Shown here: positions 30,896-41,840 of the stretch, piece by piece | Layout: every line of letters starts with the position of its first letter | Position numbering within the stretch: the stretch's first letter is position 1 | Assembly: GCA_963816395.1 (NCBI GenBank) | Contig: CAWFKQ010000010.1 | Coordinates: 128,001-192,000, forward strand | DNA length: 64,000 bases | Source of the DNA: an uncultured delta proteobacterium | GTDB taxonomy: Bacteria; Desulfobacterota; Desulfuromonadia; Desulfuromonadales; JACZKF01 | Direction of reading: 5' to 3' | Position numbers and translations under genes: made by a program | The notes under the pieces: generated by a model | What the model saw: only the letters and a program-made list of their open reading frames with translations | What the model was told of the DNA's origin: nothing | Databases searched by the model: none

Positions 30896-31508
30896 ATGGT
30901 CAAAGTCAAAATCTGCGGCATCACCAATATCGACGATGCTCGCCACGCTGCAGCATGCGGGGCCGATGCCCTGGGGTTCGTTTTTTACGAGAAAAGCCCG
31001 CGGTGCGTGACTCCGGAGCAGGCCCGGACAATCGTCAGCGGTCTGCCGCCATTCGTGACCGCGGTCGGACTCTTTGTCGACGAGGAACCCGAGCGCATCC
31101 GGGAGATCGCCGCTTTCTGCGGTCTGGACGTCCTGCAACTGCACGGTGGCGAGCCGCCGGAAGCCTGCCGGCTGGCGCCGCTGGCGGACCGTCAAGGCGC
31201 TGCGGGTGCGGGATGAGGCGAGTCTGGCCGGGATTGACGCCTGGCCGGTTTCGGCCCTCCTGCTGGATGCCTGGTCGCCGGACAGCTTCGGGGGCACCGG
31301 CCGCACCTTCGATTGGGACCTTGCCGAGCGGATCGCGTCCGGAATGCCGGTGATCCTCGCCGGTGGCTTGACCCCTGAGAACGTGGCCGAAGCGGTGCGG
31401 AGGGTGCGCCCCTACGCCGTGGATGTATCCAGCGGAGTGGAGGCGGCACCGGGGGCAAAGGACCCGGTGAAGGTGGCTGCTTTTATTCGAAATGCCAAGG
31501 GATTTTAG
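30896..31508 (+). CDS. trpF: Phosphoribosylanthranilate isomerase (+1 frameshift ~31181)
   Basis: KVKICGIT, QLHG; shifted frame LLLDA...GGTG...LAGGLTPENV...VDVSSGVE. Confidence 0.95.
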
Positions 31509-31549
31509 GAGCGAACGGGTTCGCACAGGGCGATGAAAATTCGCCCTAT
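31506..31549. repeat. Degenerate GTAG-family REP doublet
   Basis: TAGGAGCGAACGGGTTCGC followed by GGGCGATGAAAATTCGCCCTAT (reverse complement ATAGGGCGAATTTTCATCGCCC). Confidence 0.5.
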
Positions 31550-31566
31550 TTGCTAAAGGACAGTCC

Positions 31567-32760
31567 ATGTACGATTTTCCCGACCCAAGAGGTCATTTCG
31601 GCGAGTTCGGCGGCCGTTATGTGGCCGAAACCCTGATGCCGGCCCTGCTGGAGTTGGAAGAAGCCTATCGGGCGGCCATGCGGGACCCCGCCTTTCAGGC
31701 GGAGCTGGATTATTTTCTGCAGCATTATGTCGGTCGTCCCAGTCCACTCTATTTCGCTCGCCGCCTCACAGATCATCTGGGCGGGGCGAAGATCTATCTG
31801 AAGCGGGAGGATCTCAATCACACCGGCGCTCACAAGGTGAACAACACCGTTGGCCAGGCGCTGCTGGCCAGGCGCATGGGAAAGGCCAAGGTGATCGCCG
31901 AGACCGGAGCCGGTCAGCACGGGGTGGCCACCGCCACGGTCGCCGCACTGTTCGGCATGGAGTGCCAGGTCTTCATGGGGACCGAGGATATCCGTCGGCA
32001 GTCCCTCAACGTTTTTCGCATGAAACTGCTGGGGGCCAAGGTGCACGGAGTCACCAGCGGCACCGCCACTTTGAAGGATGCGATGAACGAGGCGCTGCGC
32101 CACTGGGTCACCCATGTGCGCGATACCTTTTACGTCATCGGCACGGTGGCCGGACCGCATCCTTATCCGATGATGGTGCGCGATTTCCAGTCGGTGATCG
32201 GCCGCGAGGCCCGGGCGCAGATTCTGGAAGCCGAGGGACGGCTGCCGGATCTGGCGGTCGCCTGCGTCGGCGGCGGCTCCAATGCCATGGGGCTGTTTTA
32301 TCCGTTTGTCGAAGATGCCGGGGTACGCCTGGTCGGTGTCGAGGCGGCCGGCCTGGGACTCGCCACCGGCAAGCACGCCGCCAGCATCTCCGCCGGCCGG
32401 GTGGGGGTGCTGCACGGCAACAAGACGTTTCTGCTGCAGGATGCCAACGGCCAGATCGAGCATGCTCACTCCATCTCGGCCGGCCTCGACTATCCCGGCG
32501 TCGGACCGGAACATGCCCACCTGCATGCAATCGGCCGGGCCGAGTACGTATCGATCACCGATGCCGAGGCCATGGAGGGATTCCAGTTGTTGACCCGGCT
32601 GGAGGGGATTATCCCGGCCCTGGAGAGTTCCCATGCAGTGGCCCAGGTGATCAAGATGGCGCCCGCCCTGCCGAAAGAGCAGATCATCGTCGTCTGCCTT
32701 TCCGGCCGTGGGGATAAGGACATTCACACCGTCGCCGAGGCGATGGGGGTGGAACTATAA
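31567..32760 (+). CDS. trpB: Tryptophan synthase beta chain (TrpB1)
   Basis: [47 protein letters not shown]. Confidence 0.98.
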   Translation: MYDFPDPRGHFGEFGGRYVAETLMPALLELEEAYRAAMRDPAFQAELDYFLQHYVGRPSPLYFARRLTDHLGGAKIYLKREDLNHTGAHKVNNTVGQALLARRMGKAKVIAETGAGQHGVATATVAALFGMECQVFMGTEDIRRQSLNVFRMKLLGAKVHGVTSGTATLKDAMNEALRHWVTHVRDTFYVIGTVAGPHPYPMMVRDFQSVIGREARAQILEAEGRLPDLAVACVGGGSNAMGLFYPFVEDAGVRLVGVEAAGLGLATGKHAASISAGRVGVLHGNKTFLLQDANGQIEHAHSISAGLDYPGVGPEHAHLHAIGRAEYVSITDAEAMEGFQLLTRLEGIIPALESSHAVAQVIKMAPALPKEQIIVVCLSGRGDKDIHTVAEAMGVEL

Positions 32761-32763
32761 ATT

Positions 32764-32833
32764 CAGGCGCGTGACTGGAGGCTGGAAGCTGGAGGAAAAT
32801 GCCTCTTGCTCCCAGCCTCTCGCCTTTCGCCTG
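32764..32833. repeat. Heptamer tandem repeats in inverted arrangement, forming a long hairpin
   Basis: CTGGAGG CTGGAAG CTGGAGG followed by CTCCCAG CCTCTCG CCTTTCG CCTG; GAGGCTGGAAGC pairs with GCTCCCAGCCTC and CAGGCG with CGCCTG. Confidence 0.6.
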
Positions 32834-32851
32834 GTTCTCTGAAGGAAAACC

Positions 32852-34145
32852 ATGAAATTCACTCAACTGGATCTTCCCGCAGAGGTCATGCAGGGTATCG
32901 AGTCGGTCGGCTTCACCGAGTTGACGCCGGTGCAGGAAGAGTCGATTCCCCTGGCACTGGGCGGCAGAGATGTTGCCGCTCAGGCCCAGACCGGGACCGG
33001 TAAGACCGCCGCTTTCCTTATCTCCCTTTTTACCCGTCTGCTGCGCAGCGGCCGGAAAACCGGCAGCGATCCGCGTGCTCTGGTGATCGCTCCGACCCGC
33101 GAACTGGTTGTGCAGATCGCTGCCGACGCGCTTTCCCTGGGGGCTTTCTGTGGGCTGAAAATTCAGCCGATATTCGGTGGCGTCGATTATGAACGGCAGC
33201 GGCAGGCCTTGCGGGACGGGGTCGACATTATTATCGCCACCCCTGGGCAGGTTGATCGATTATGCGCGGCAGAAGGTCTTCTCTTTTAACCGGATCGAAT
33301 CGGTGGTGATCGACGAGGCCGATCGCATGTTCGATATGGGGTTCATCAAGGACCTGCGTTTCATCCTGCGCCGGCTGCCTCCTTTCGAAAAACGCCAGAC
33401 CATGCTTTTTTCCGCCACGCTGTCGCCACGGGTGATGGAACTTGCTTACGAATTCATGGACTTGGCGGAGAAGGTCCGTATTGAGCCGGAGCAGGTCACG
33501 GCCGAGCGGATCGAGCAGGTCCTCTATCATGCCTCTCGCCGGGAAAAATTCCCCCTGTTGCTGGGCCTGCTGCGTCAGGAGGAGATGGCGGCGCGGGTCC
33601 TCCTCTTCGTCAACACCAAAAAAGAGGCCGAGCACCTCACCGAGCGGCTGAAGGCCAACGATTTCAAGGCGGCGGTGATCTCCGGCGATATCCCGCAGAC
33701 CAAGCGGATGCGTATCCTGGAAGATTTCAAGAATGGCCGATTGGCTTTCCTGGTGGCCACCGATGTTGCCTCCCGCGGCCTGCATATCGAAGGGGTTACG
33801 CATGTGATCAACTATGATCTGCCGCAGGACCCCGAGGATTACGTACACCGGATCGGCCGCACCGCCCGTGCCGGGGCGGAGGGAAAGGCCATCAGCTTCG
33901 CCGATGAGGACCTGGTTTTTCATCTTCCCGATATCGAAGAGTTCATCGGCCGCAAGATCCCCAGTATCTTTCCTGAAGAAACCGATTTTTTCTGGGATTT
34001 TAAACGCGGCGTGCCGCGCAAGAAGGCGCCCGTCCCGGAGAAAACGGCGCACGCCGAAAAGCGCCCGCGCCGCCGCAAGCCGCGGCGCCACAGTGGCCCC
34101 GGAGGTGGGAAAAAGGGTGGGGAATCCAATCCGGGCGGGAGTTGA
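32852..34145 (+). CDS. DEAD-box RNA helicase, RhlB-like (+1 frameshift ~33244)
   Basis: AQTGTGKT, PTREL, TPG/RL, DEAD, SAT, HRIGRTAR; basic C-terminal tail. Confidence 0.95.
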
Positions 34146-34156
34146 CGGGAGATGGA

Positions 34157-34676
34157 ATGCTGAAAAAAGCGACCATTCTCGCCGCGCTCCTGATCATCGC
34201 TTTCGGCGTTCTGATGGTGACGGCGCGGAATGCCAGCTTCGAGCGTCGAGACGCGGGCCGAAATCGGCAGGCCGCCGGCACAGATCTGGACGGTTCTGCT
34301 GGCCGTGCAGGACTGGCCGGACTGGTGGCCGGGGGTGGAAAAGGCAGCTATCGAATCCTCTTGGCAGCCGGGCGGCAGACTCACTCTTGTCCTGAAAAAA
34401 AACCCGGAAAGGAGCCTGGCGCGCATTACCGAGGTGCAGCGATCACGGGAGCTCGCCTGGACCCGGCAGGGGGTACTGGGAAGCTCCACCTTCACCCGCT
34501 GGCGGTTGCTGCCGACGGCAGTTGGAACCACGGTATATCTGGAGAGCCGGATTCGCGGGCCGCAGGCATTTCTTGCCCGCCTGACCGGGCGGAAAACTTT
34601 TGAGAAATATCAGCAAATGGTTCTGGAGAGTCTAAAAAGTCGCCTTGGTTCGTCGGCCGCCAAGGGGCATGCCTGA
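34157..34676 (+). CDS. SRPBCC/START-like protein with an N-terminal hydrophobic anchor (+1 frameshift ~34241)
   Basis: MLKKATILAALLIIAFGVLMV, then in the +1 frame ETRAEIGRPPAQIWTVL..VQDWPDWWP, a polyketide-cyclase-like pattern. Confidence 0.7.
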
Positions 34677-35353
34677 GATGTCCGATAGCGCCGATCTCAC
34701 CCATTGCTGCCGCTGCCCGCGGCTGCGGCAATTTATGAAACACCTGCCGCCGCGACGCGGACTGGTCCGCACCGATTACTGCAACCGGCCGGTTCCCGGT
34801 TTCGGCGACCCCCAGGCCCGTATCTGCCTGGTCGGCCTCGCCCCCGGCGCGCACGGCGCCAACCGTACCGGCCGTCCCTTCACCGGCGACGGTGCCGGTG
34901 ATTTCATGTACCCCCTGCTGCACCGGGTCGGGTCTGGCCAGCCAGGCGACGGCGACGCACGTCGGCGATGGGCTGACTCTGCGCGATCTCTTCATCACCA
35001 ACGCGGTCAAGTGCCTTCCTCCCGGCAATCGTCCGGAACCGGCGGAGTTTGCCGCCTGCCGCCCCTACCTGGCGGCCGATCTGGCCGCGCTGCCCCGCCT
35101 GCGGGTGGTGGTGGCGCTCGGTCAGGGAGCTTTCGTCAGCTTTCTGCGTCTGGCGCGGGAGCAGGGCGAGATCGGCCGCCTGGCCGACTATCCCTTCGCC
35201 CACGGGGCGGTATATGTGCTGCGCGGCGGGGTGAAACTGGTCGCCAGCTATCATACCAGCCGATATAACATTCAAACCGGCCGCCTCACCGAGGCGATGT
35301 TTCTGGCCCTGCTCGATCGGGTTCGGGCTCTGGCGGCGGGAGAAAACGATTGA
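34669..35353 (+). CDS. Uracil-DNA glycosylase, family 5 (UdgB-like) (+1 frameshift ~34930)
   Basis: CxxCPRL, PVPGFGD, GLAPGAHGANRTGRPFTGD, NAVKCLPP, SYHTSRYN. Confidence 0.9.
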
Positions 35354-35378
35354 AAACACCGGTCGCTTCATTTAGACT
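35350..35378 (+). promoter_or_regulatory. sigma70-type promoter upstream of trpA
   Basis: TTGAAA (35350-35355), 17 bp spacer, TAGACT (35373-35378). Confidence 0.6.
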
Positions 35379-35410
35379 GTGCGAATTTGGCTTGGGGAAA
35401 AGATAATAAT

Positions 35411-36210
35411 ATGGGACGCATTGAGGCGGTTTTCGACCGGCTGCGCGAAGAGAACCAGGCGGCGTTGATCCCTTTCATCACCGCTGGCGATCCAGACCTG
35501 CGAAACCACCGAGGCGCTTCTTTACGCCTTGGTCGAAGCCGGTGCCGATCTGATCGAGCTGGGTTTTCCCTTTTCCGATCCGATGGCCGACGGTCCTACC
35601 ATCCAGGCCGCCTCGGAACGGGCTCTGGCGGGGGGCACCACGCTGGAAGGAGTTTTGGCGCTGGTGGCCAGGGTGCGCCGGCACACCCACGGTTCCCATT
35701 ATTCTGATGGGCTACTATAATCCGCTCTTCCATTACGGCCCGGAGCGTTTCGCCCGGAAAGCGGCAACGGCCGGGGTGGACGGACTCTTACTGGTCGATC
35801 TGCCTCCCGAGGAAGCGGATGAAATTCACGGATTCCTGCACCAGGCCGGCATCCGTCTGATCACCCTTCTCGCGCCGACTTCGCCGCCAAAGCGGCGGCA
35901 AGCCCTGGCGGCGGGAAGTGAGGGGTATCTCTACTATGTCTCAATGACCGGCGTAACAGGGGTACAGCAGGTCGATGCTGGCGCCATCCGGGAAGAGGTG
36001 CTGACATTGCGCCGCGATTCGCCCGTGCCGGTGGCCGTCGGCTTCGGCATCGCTTCTCCGGCCGAGGCGGCAGCGGTGGCTGCCTTTGCCGATGCGGTAG
36101 TGGTGGGAAGCGCCCTGGTAAAGATTATCGCGGCCCATGGCCGTACGCCGGAGTTGCTGCCGCAGGTCAGGCAATTTATCCGAGCCCTTCGGGAAAAAAT
36201 GGTCAGATGA
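35411..36210 (+). CDS. trpA: Tryptophan synthase alpha chain (two +1 frameshifts, ~35502 and ~35690)
   Basis: [11 protein letters not shown] / [18 protein letters not shown] / MGYYNP...VSMTGVTG...VGFGI across three frames. Confidence 0.95.
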
Positions 36211-36250
36211 CGTTCCCGCCGTCGAGGGCGTGGAGAAAGACAGGGGGGCC

Positions 36251-37015
36251 ATGGAAATTCGGGTACTCGGGAGTTGCGGCTCGCGGCTGGGGGGGTGTCA
36301 GACCAGCAGTTTTTTGATTAACGGTCGTTTGCTCCTCGATGCCGGGACCATAGCTTCGGTTCTGTCCCTGGAAGAGCAGATCGCCGTAGAAGACGTGCTG
36401 TTGACACACGCCCACCTCGATCATGTAGCCGATCTGCCCTTCCTGATCGACAACGTCATGATCCGCCGCGCCGCACCTTTGCGGGTCTGGGCTCCGGCAC
36501 CGGTATTGCAGGCGCTGCAGGATCACCTGTTCAACGATATCCTCTGGCCCGATTTCACCCGACTGCCGTCAACTGCCGCCCCTGCCTTGCAGTTGGTTCC
36601 CCTGGAACCCGGAGCGGAGACCCGGCTCGGCGCGCTACGCGTACGCTGGACGCAGACCCGGCACCCGGTGCCGAGTGCCGGCTATTGCCTGACGGAGGGG
36701 AAGACGACCATTCTCTTCTCCGGCGATACCGCGCCCACCGAGGATTTATGGAATCTGGCGCGCAGCTGTCCGCATCTGAAGGCGGCGTTTATCGAGACTA
36801 CTTTTCCGGACCGCCTGTCGGAGTTGGCTATGGTGAGCGGACATCTGACCCCGGCCAGTCTGCAGGGGGAACTGGAAAAACTGGCACGACCGGCTGTTCC
36901 GGTGAAGGTATTTCATGCCAAGGCGCAGTTCCTGGAGGAAATCCTCGCGGAACTGAATGATTTGCACAATGAGCGTCTGCAGGTGCTGGGGGGAGGAGAG
37001 GAATTTTCCTTTTGA
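36251..37015 (+). CDS. Metallo-beta-lactamase-fold hydrolase, class II cyclic-nucleotide phosphodiesterase-like
   Basis: VLGSCG, LLDAGT, THAHLDH (HxHxDH), HLFNDILWPDF, SGDT, GHLTP. Confidence 0.8.
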   Translation: MEIRVLGSCGSRLGGCQTSSFLINGRLLLDAGTIASVLSLEEQIAVEDVLLTHAHLDHVADLPFLIDNVMIRRAAPLRVWAPAPVLQALQDHLFNDILWPDFTRLPSTAAPALQLVPLEPGAETRLGALRVRWTQTRHPVPSAGYCLTEGKTTILFSGDTAPTEDLWNLARSCPHLKAAFIETTFPDRLSELAMVSGHLTPASLQGELEKLARPAVPVKVFHAKAQFLEEILAELNDLHNERLQVLGGGEEFSF

Positions 37016-37051
37016 CCTCTGGAGACCCTTGCGAAAACGACGAGGTTAAGG

Positions 37052-37900
37052 ATGGCCTGGTTCAAAAAATCGAAAGCGCCGATTGCGCCGGTTGAGACGA
37101 AAAAAGTGCAGATGCCCGAGGGGCTCTGGACCAAGTGCAAGAACTGCAATGAGATCATCTATACCAAGGAAATCGAGCGCAACCTGAACGTCTGCCCCAA
37201 ATGCGATTATCATTTTCGCATCAGTGCCCGGGAGCGTCTCGCCCTGGTGCTTGACAGCGACTCCTTCCTGGAGATGGACGCCGGCATGCAGTCGGTGGAT
37301 TTTCTCGAGTTCAAGGATTCAAAAAGATACCGGGAGCGGATCAAGGCTGCCGCCAAAAAGAGCGGCGGCGGGGATGCCGTGATCTGCGGCGAGGGGACCA
37401 TCAACGGCCTGCCGGTGGCGATCTGCGTCTTCGATTTCGGCTACATGGGAGGCAGCATGGGGTCGGTGGTCGGAGAGAAGATAACCCGGGCGATTGAGAA
37501 AGGGCTGGAGAAGCGGGAGCCGGTGATCGTCTTCTCTTCATCGGGCGGCGCCCGTATGCAGGAAAGCATCCTCTCCCTGATGCAGATGGCCAAGACCAGT
37601 GCCGCCCTGGCCAGACTTAAGGCCGCGGGTATCCCTTTCATCTCCGTTCTCACCGACCCGACTACCGGAGGCGTTACTGCCAGCTTTGCCATGCTCGGCG
37701 ACATCAACATGGCCGAGCCGCGGGCGCTGATCGGTTTCGCCGGCCCGCGGGTGATCGAACAGACGATTCGCCAGAAACTGCCGGAGGGTTTTCAGCGTTC
37801 CGAGTACCTGCTGGAACACGGCATGGTGGATATGATCGTCCGTCGGCAGGAGATGAAAGAGCGATTGTCCCAGATCCTGCGCATTTTCACAAAGAACTGA
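37052..37900 (+). CDS. accD: Acetyl-CoA carboxylase carboxyltransferase beta subunit
   Basis: GLWTKCKNC...[23 protein letters not shown]. Confidence 0.98.
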   Translation: MAWFKKSKAPIAPVETKKVQMPEGLWTKCKNCNEIIYTKEIERNLNVCPKCDYHFRISARERLALVLDSDSFLEMDAGMQSVDFLEFKDSKRYRERIKAAAKKSGGGDAVICGEGTINGLPVAICVFDFGYMGGSMGSVVGEKITRAIEKGLEKREPVIVFSSSGGARMQESILSLMQMAKTSAALARLKAAGIPFISVLTDPTTGGVTASFAMLGDINMAEPRALIGFAGPRVIEQTIRQKLPEGFQRSEYLLEHGMVDMIVRRQEMKERLSQILRIFTKN

Positions 37901-37905
37901 CACCT

Positions 37906-39180
37906 GTGGACTATCGGGAAAGTCTGGATTACCTATATGGACTCCAGCGGTTCGGGATCAAACTCGGGCTGGAGAACATCCGGTCTCTCCTCCAACGTCT
38001 GGGGCATCCCGAGCTCGGCTATCCCATCCTCCACGTCGGCGGCAGCAACGGCAAGGGATCGGTTGCCGCCGGCCTGGCGGAAATCCTGACTCGGGGCGGC
38101 TATCGCACCGGCCTTTATACCTCCCCCCATCTGCATTCCTTCACCGAGCGCATCCGCATCGGTGGCACCGCCATCGCCGAAGCGGAAGTCGCCGCCCTTG
38201 CCGGCGAGATTCGCTGTGCCGCCGATAATATCCCTGCAACCTTCTTCGAGTTCACCACCGCCCTGGCACTCCTGTATTTCCACCAGCAGAAGGTCGATTT
38301 TGCCGTGATCGAAGTCGGCATGGGGGGGCGTTTAGATGCTACCAACGCGATACTGCCACGGGTGGCGGTAATCACATCCGCTCTGCCGTGACCATTCGGA
38401 GCACCTGGGAGCCGACCTGTCTGCCATTGCCGGAGAGAAGGGAGGGATCATTAAAGCCGGGGTGCCGGTGGTTATCGCCCGCCAGGCGCCGGCGGCCTGC
38501 CGCGTGCTGGATGATCTGGCCCGACGGCGCCAGGCGCCGGCCTTCTTCTGTGGCCAGGATTTCACCCTGGTCTCGGAGGCGGACCGCTTTTCCTTCCAGG
38601 GACTTGGACTTGCCCTGGAATCTCTGCGGCCTGGCTTGCCCGGGCGGCATCAGCATGAGAATCTCTCCCTGGCCCTTGCCGCCGCTGCCCTGCTGCGCCG
38701 GCAAGGGATCAATCTGCCGGAAGCGGCTCTGCGCGAGGGAGTCGAGCGGGTGTTCTGGCCCGGGCGCCTGGAGTGGTGGAACGGCGGCCGGGAGATTCTG
38801 CTCGATGGGGCGCATAACGAAGGGGGCGCCCGCGTTCTCGCCGATTATCTTGCTTCCCTGAATACGACCGGGGTGCGCTGGGTGGTTGGAATCAAGGGGG
38901 ATAAGCGGGTGGAGGATATTCTGGAGCCTCTCCTGCCGTACTGCAGCGCACTCTACTGCACGGCCCCGCCCATCCCCGAGGCGGTACCGCGCGGCTGGGC
39001 TGCAGCGGATGGCACAGCTAGCCGGCCGGCCGGCTGCCGTTTTCGCCGAGGCGGCGAGCGCTCTGGAGGCGGCGCTGAGAGAGCGGCAGCCGGGGGAGAT
39101 TGTCCTGGTCGCCGGTTCGCTCTTTCTGGTCGCCGCCGCTCGCGAAGCTCTCCTAGCAGCGGGAAAGGATTCCGGCATGA
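37906..39180 (+). CDS. folC: Folylpolyglutamate/dihydrofolate synthase (three +1 frameshifts, ~38378, ~38992, ~39155)
   Basis: GSNGKGS, TSPHL, EVGMGGRLDATN, DHSEHLG, WPGRLE, LDGAHN, AGSLFLV. Confidence 0.93.
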
Positions 39181-41299
39181 GAGGGCGGTGGCCGATCTTC
39201 TCCTGGCTGGCGCTGCTTCTCCTGCTGGCCGTCCCGGCTCCCGCCCTGGCGATCGGCGAAACTCTGCGCGGAGCGTCGCCGGTCGATCTTGCCGCGGACG
39301 AGCTCAGCTATGACAAGCCGAGCGAAACCTGGCGGGCCCGCGGGGATGTCCGACTGCAGAAGGGGGATCTCACCTTACTCTCGGATCTGGTCCGGTGGGA
39401 TCCGGGCACCGGCCAAGCGGAGGCGGTCGGCCACGTCCGACTGACCAGCCCGGAGGCGATAACCGAAGGTGAGGACCTGAGCATCAATATGGAGAGCGGG
39501 ACCGGTCGCCTGAGTAATGGCCGCATTCTTCTGCGGGAGACCAATTATCGGATTGCCGGTAAGGAAATCGATCGCCTGGGGGAGAACCGTTACAGGGTAA
39601 CCGACGGCACTTTCACCACCTGCGAGGGTCGAGCCGCCGGCCTGGAAATTCTCCGCCCGCCGGCTGGATGTCACTCTCGGCAGTTATGCCCTGGCGCGCC
39701 GGGTTTTATTCTATCTGTATGATGTCCCGGTCTTCTACACCCCTTTTCTGGCTTACCCGGTAAAAACCGAACGGGAATCGGGTTTCCTCATGCCGCGCGT
39801 CGGCTCTTCCAATCGCCGCGGCTTCCAGTTCTCACTGGCCTGGTATCAGGTAATCGATCGCAACCTGGATGCTACCATCCATCTCGATTATTATTCCAAG
39901 CTCGGCATTGGCAAGGGGCTGGAGTATCGCTATATCGCCGGAAAGGAAAACGAGGGGTTATTCCACCTTTACCACGTGACCGGCCTGCAGTCGGCCAAGG
40001 ACCGCTATGCTTTTGATTGGCGTCACAGCGGACAGTTGCCCGGCGACATTAGGCTGGCCGCCGATGTGCTGTACGTCAGCAGCCGGGATTATTTCAAGGA
40101 TTTTGGCGAGGTCGCCGGAGAATACAACAAGGATGAGGCCCAGTCGATCATCTGGGCCGGTCACAACTGGCATTCTGCCAATCTGGCTGGCCAACTCAGG
40201 TACACCAAAAACCTGGAGGCTCCTAACGACCAGACCTTGCAGAAACTGCCGCAGGCGGTCTTTACCGCCCTGCCGTACCGTCTAGGGGAGATGCCCTTCT
40301 ATTTGGCGCTTCAGTCTGGTTATACCTATTTCTGGCGGCAGGAAGGGTCGACCGGCCAGCGTCTCACCTACCGGCCGGAGCTTTCTGCGGTCTTCCAGCC
40401 CGGGGGGCTGCTCGAAATCCGGCCGGCTATCGGCTACCGCGAGCGGCTCTACTGGATTGAGGGTGAGGGATCCGGGTCCGAACAGGATGGCCTTGCCGAT
40501 TTTTCCACCCGCCTCTCCACCCGCTTCAGCCGGGTTTTCGCAGTCGCCGGAGAGAAGATACGAAGATACGCCACAGCATCGAACCCGAACTCACCTATCT
40601 TTATATCCCCGCCGAAGATCAGTCGAGACTTCCGCAATTCGATACCCTGGATACCATTGAACCGGCGAATCGGCTCGAGTATGCCTTGGTCAATCGCCTG
40701 GTGGCCCGCCTGGAAACTCCCGAAGGCGAACCCTATTATCACGAATTTCCTTTATCTACGCCTTTCGCAGGGATATGATATCAGGGAGGAACGGCGAGAT
40801 TCCGACCCAGGCAGCAAACAGCACCCCTTTACGCCCTTGCGGGCGGAGTTGACCCTTCGCCCCAATACCTGGAGCTACCTCGACCTGCTTTATAACATAA
40901 ATGCGGGGGGCGGCAGTTTCACCGACCGGATCATGCCGGCCAGCAGTCTCGCCAACCAATTAACGACGGTCAGCGCCCGTTCCGGAGTGCGGGACAGTGC
41001 CGGTAATGGATTCGCCCTTGATTACCAATATCAGGAGAATACCCTTGACTACCTGGGCGCCACCGTTGATATCGCCTGGCTGCGTCCGGTTTACCTGAAT
41101 TATCAGCAGCGGCAGGACCTCAAGGCCGGCCGGGTGCTGGAAAGACTGCTGAATCTGGAGTATCGGGCTCAGTGCTGGAGCCTTTTTCTGACCTTGCGGG
41201 ACCGTCTGGAGGGGACTGAATACCTGGTCTCCTTTGCCCTCTCCGGGCGTGGGCAGGGTAACCGGTCTCGGTGGTCGACTGGGTGGACCTACCGACTGA
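39177..41299 (+). CDS. lptD: LPS-assembly outer-membrane protein LptD (frameshifts ~39630, ~40563, ~40747, ~41245)
   Basis: Signal peptide; OstA-like LAADELSYD; FTTC..W, ERESGFLMP; RHSIEPELTYLYIP..DQS.LPQFD in an alternate frame; EYRAQCWS. Confidence 0.85.
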
Positions 41300-41478
41300 C
41301 TCATCCGATAAAGATTGATTTTTCCGATGTTTCATGCTACGCGATTAGAGGTTTAATTCATTTAATAACTATCTTTGTCATGCGCATTCCCGGCCCTGGA
41401 GAAAAATTTAGGGGAAAGGAGGCAGGGGGGGGCATCAGGGGACCGGGTGTTATCAAAAACCCGTAAAAGGAGGGACTC

Positions 41479-41776
41479 ATGAAAAACTTAATGGTATTGT
41501 TGCTGGCAGCTATTTGTCTCATGCTGTCTATGCCGCCGTTCGCCGGGGCTGCCGACCGGCAAGTGGTGAAAACGGCTGCCCACCAAATCAACATCAACAC
41601 GGCTACTGCCGGAGAGCTTGCAAATGCTCCCCGGTATTGGCAAGGTGAATGCCGGCGAAATTATCCAGTACCGGACTGCGCACGGCAAATTCACCAGCCC
41701 CGATGACCTGGTAAAAGTCAAAGGGATCGGGGCCAAAACGGTGGAGAAGATCCGGGGAATGATTATCGTACAGTGA
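41479..41776 (+). CDS. Secreted ComEA-family helix-hairpin-helix DNA-binding protein (+1 frameshift ~41620)
   Basis: Signal peptide, ININTATAGEL, then LPGIGKVNAGEIIQYR...GKFTSPDDLVKVKGIGAKTVEKIR; AGGAGG RBS. Confidence 0.88.
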
Positions 41777-41781
41777 GCGAC

Positions 41782-41811
41782 GCGCCCGCCGGATAACCGG
41801 CGGGCGCTTTT
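41782..41811 (+). terminator. Rho-independent terminator
   Basis: GCGCCCGCCGG-ATAA-CCGGCGGGCGC-TTTT. Confidence 0.75.
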
Positions 41812-41840
41812 CCCTTGGCCATTGACCGTCCAGGAAACCG

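Noticed and set aside
38389..38391. In-frame TGA in folC as possible selenocysteine or read-through
   Set aside because: Homology continues in the +1 frame (DHSEHLG...EKGGIIK), not through the stop.
38886..39722. Apparent FolC-LptD in-frame fusion
   Set aside because: Removing one base near 39155 gives ...LQRERIPA-TGA overlapping the lptD ATG (ATGA), consistent with the window-wide insertion errors.
40551..40750. Aberrant LptD segment, possibly programmed frameshifting at a GAAGATAC tandem
   Set aside because: A compensating -1/+1 pair; the alternate frame carries the expected LptD-like HSIEP..YIP..LPQFD sequence. Most likely sequencing error.
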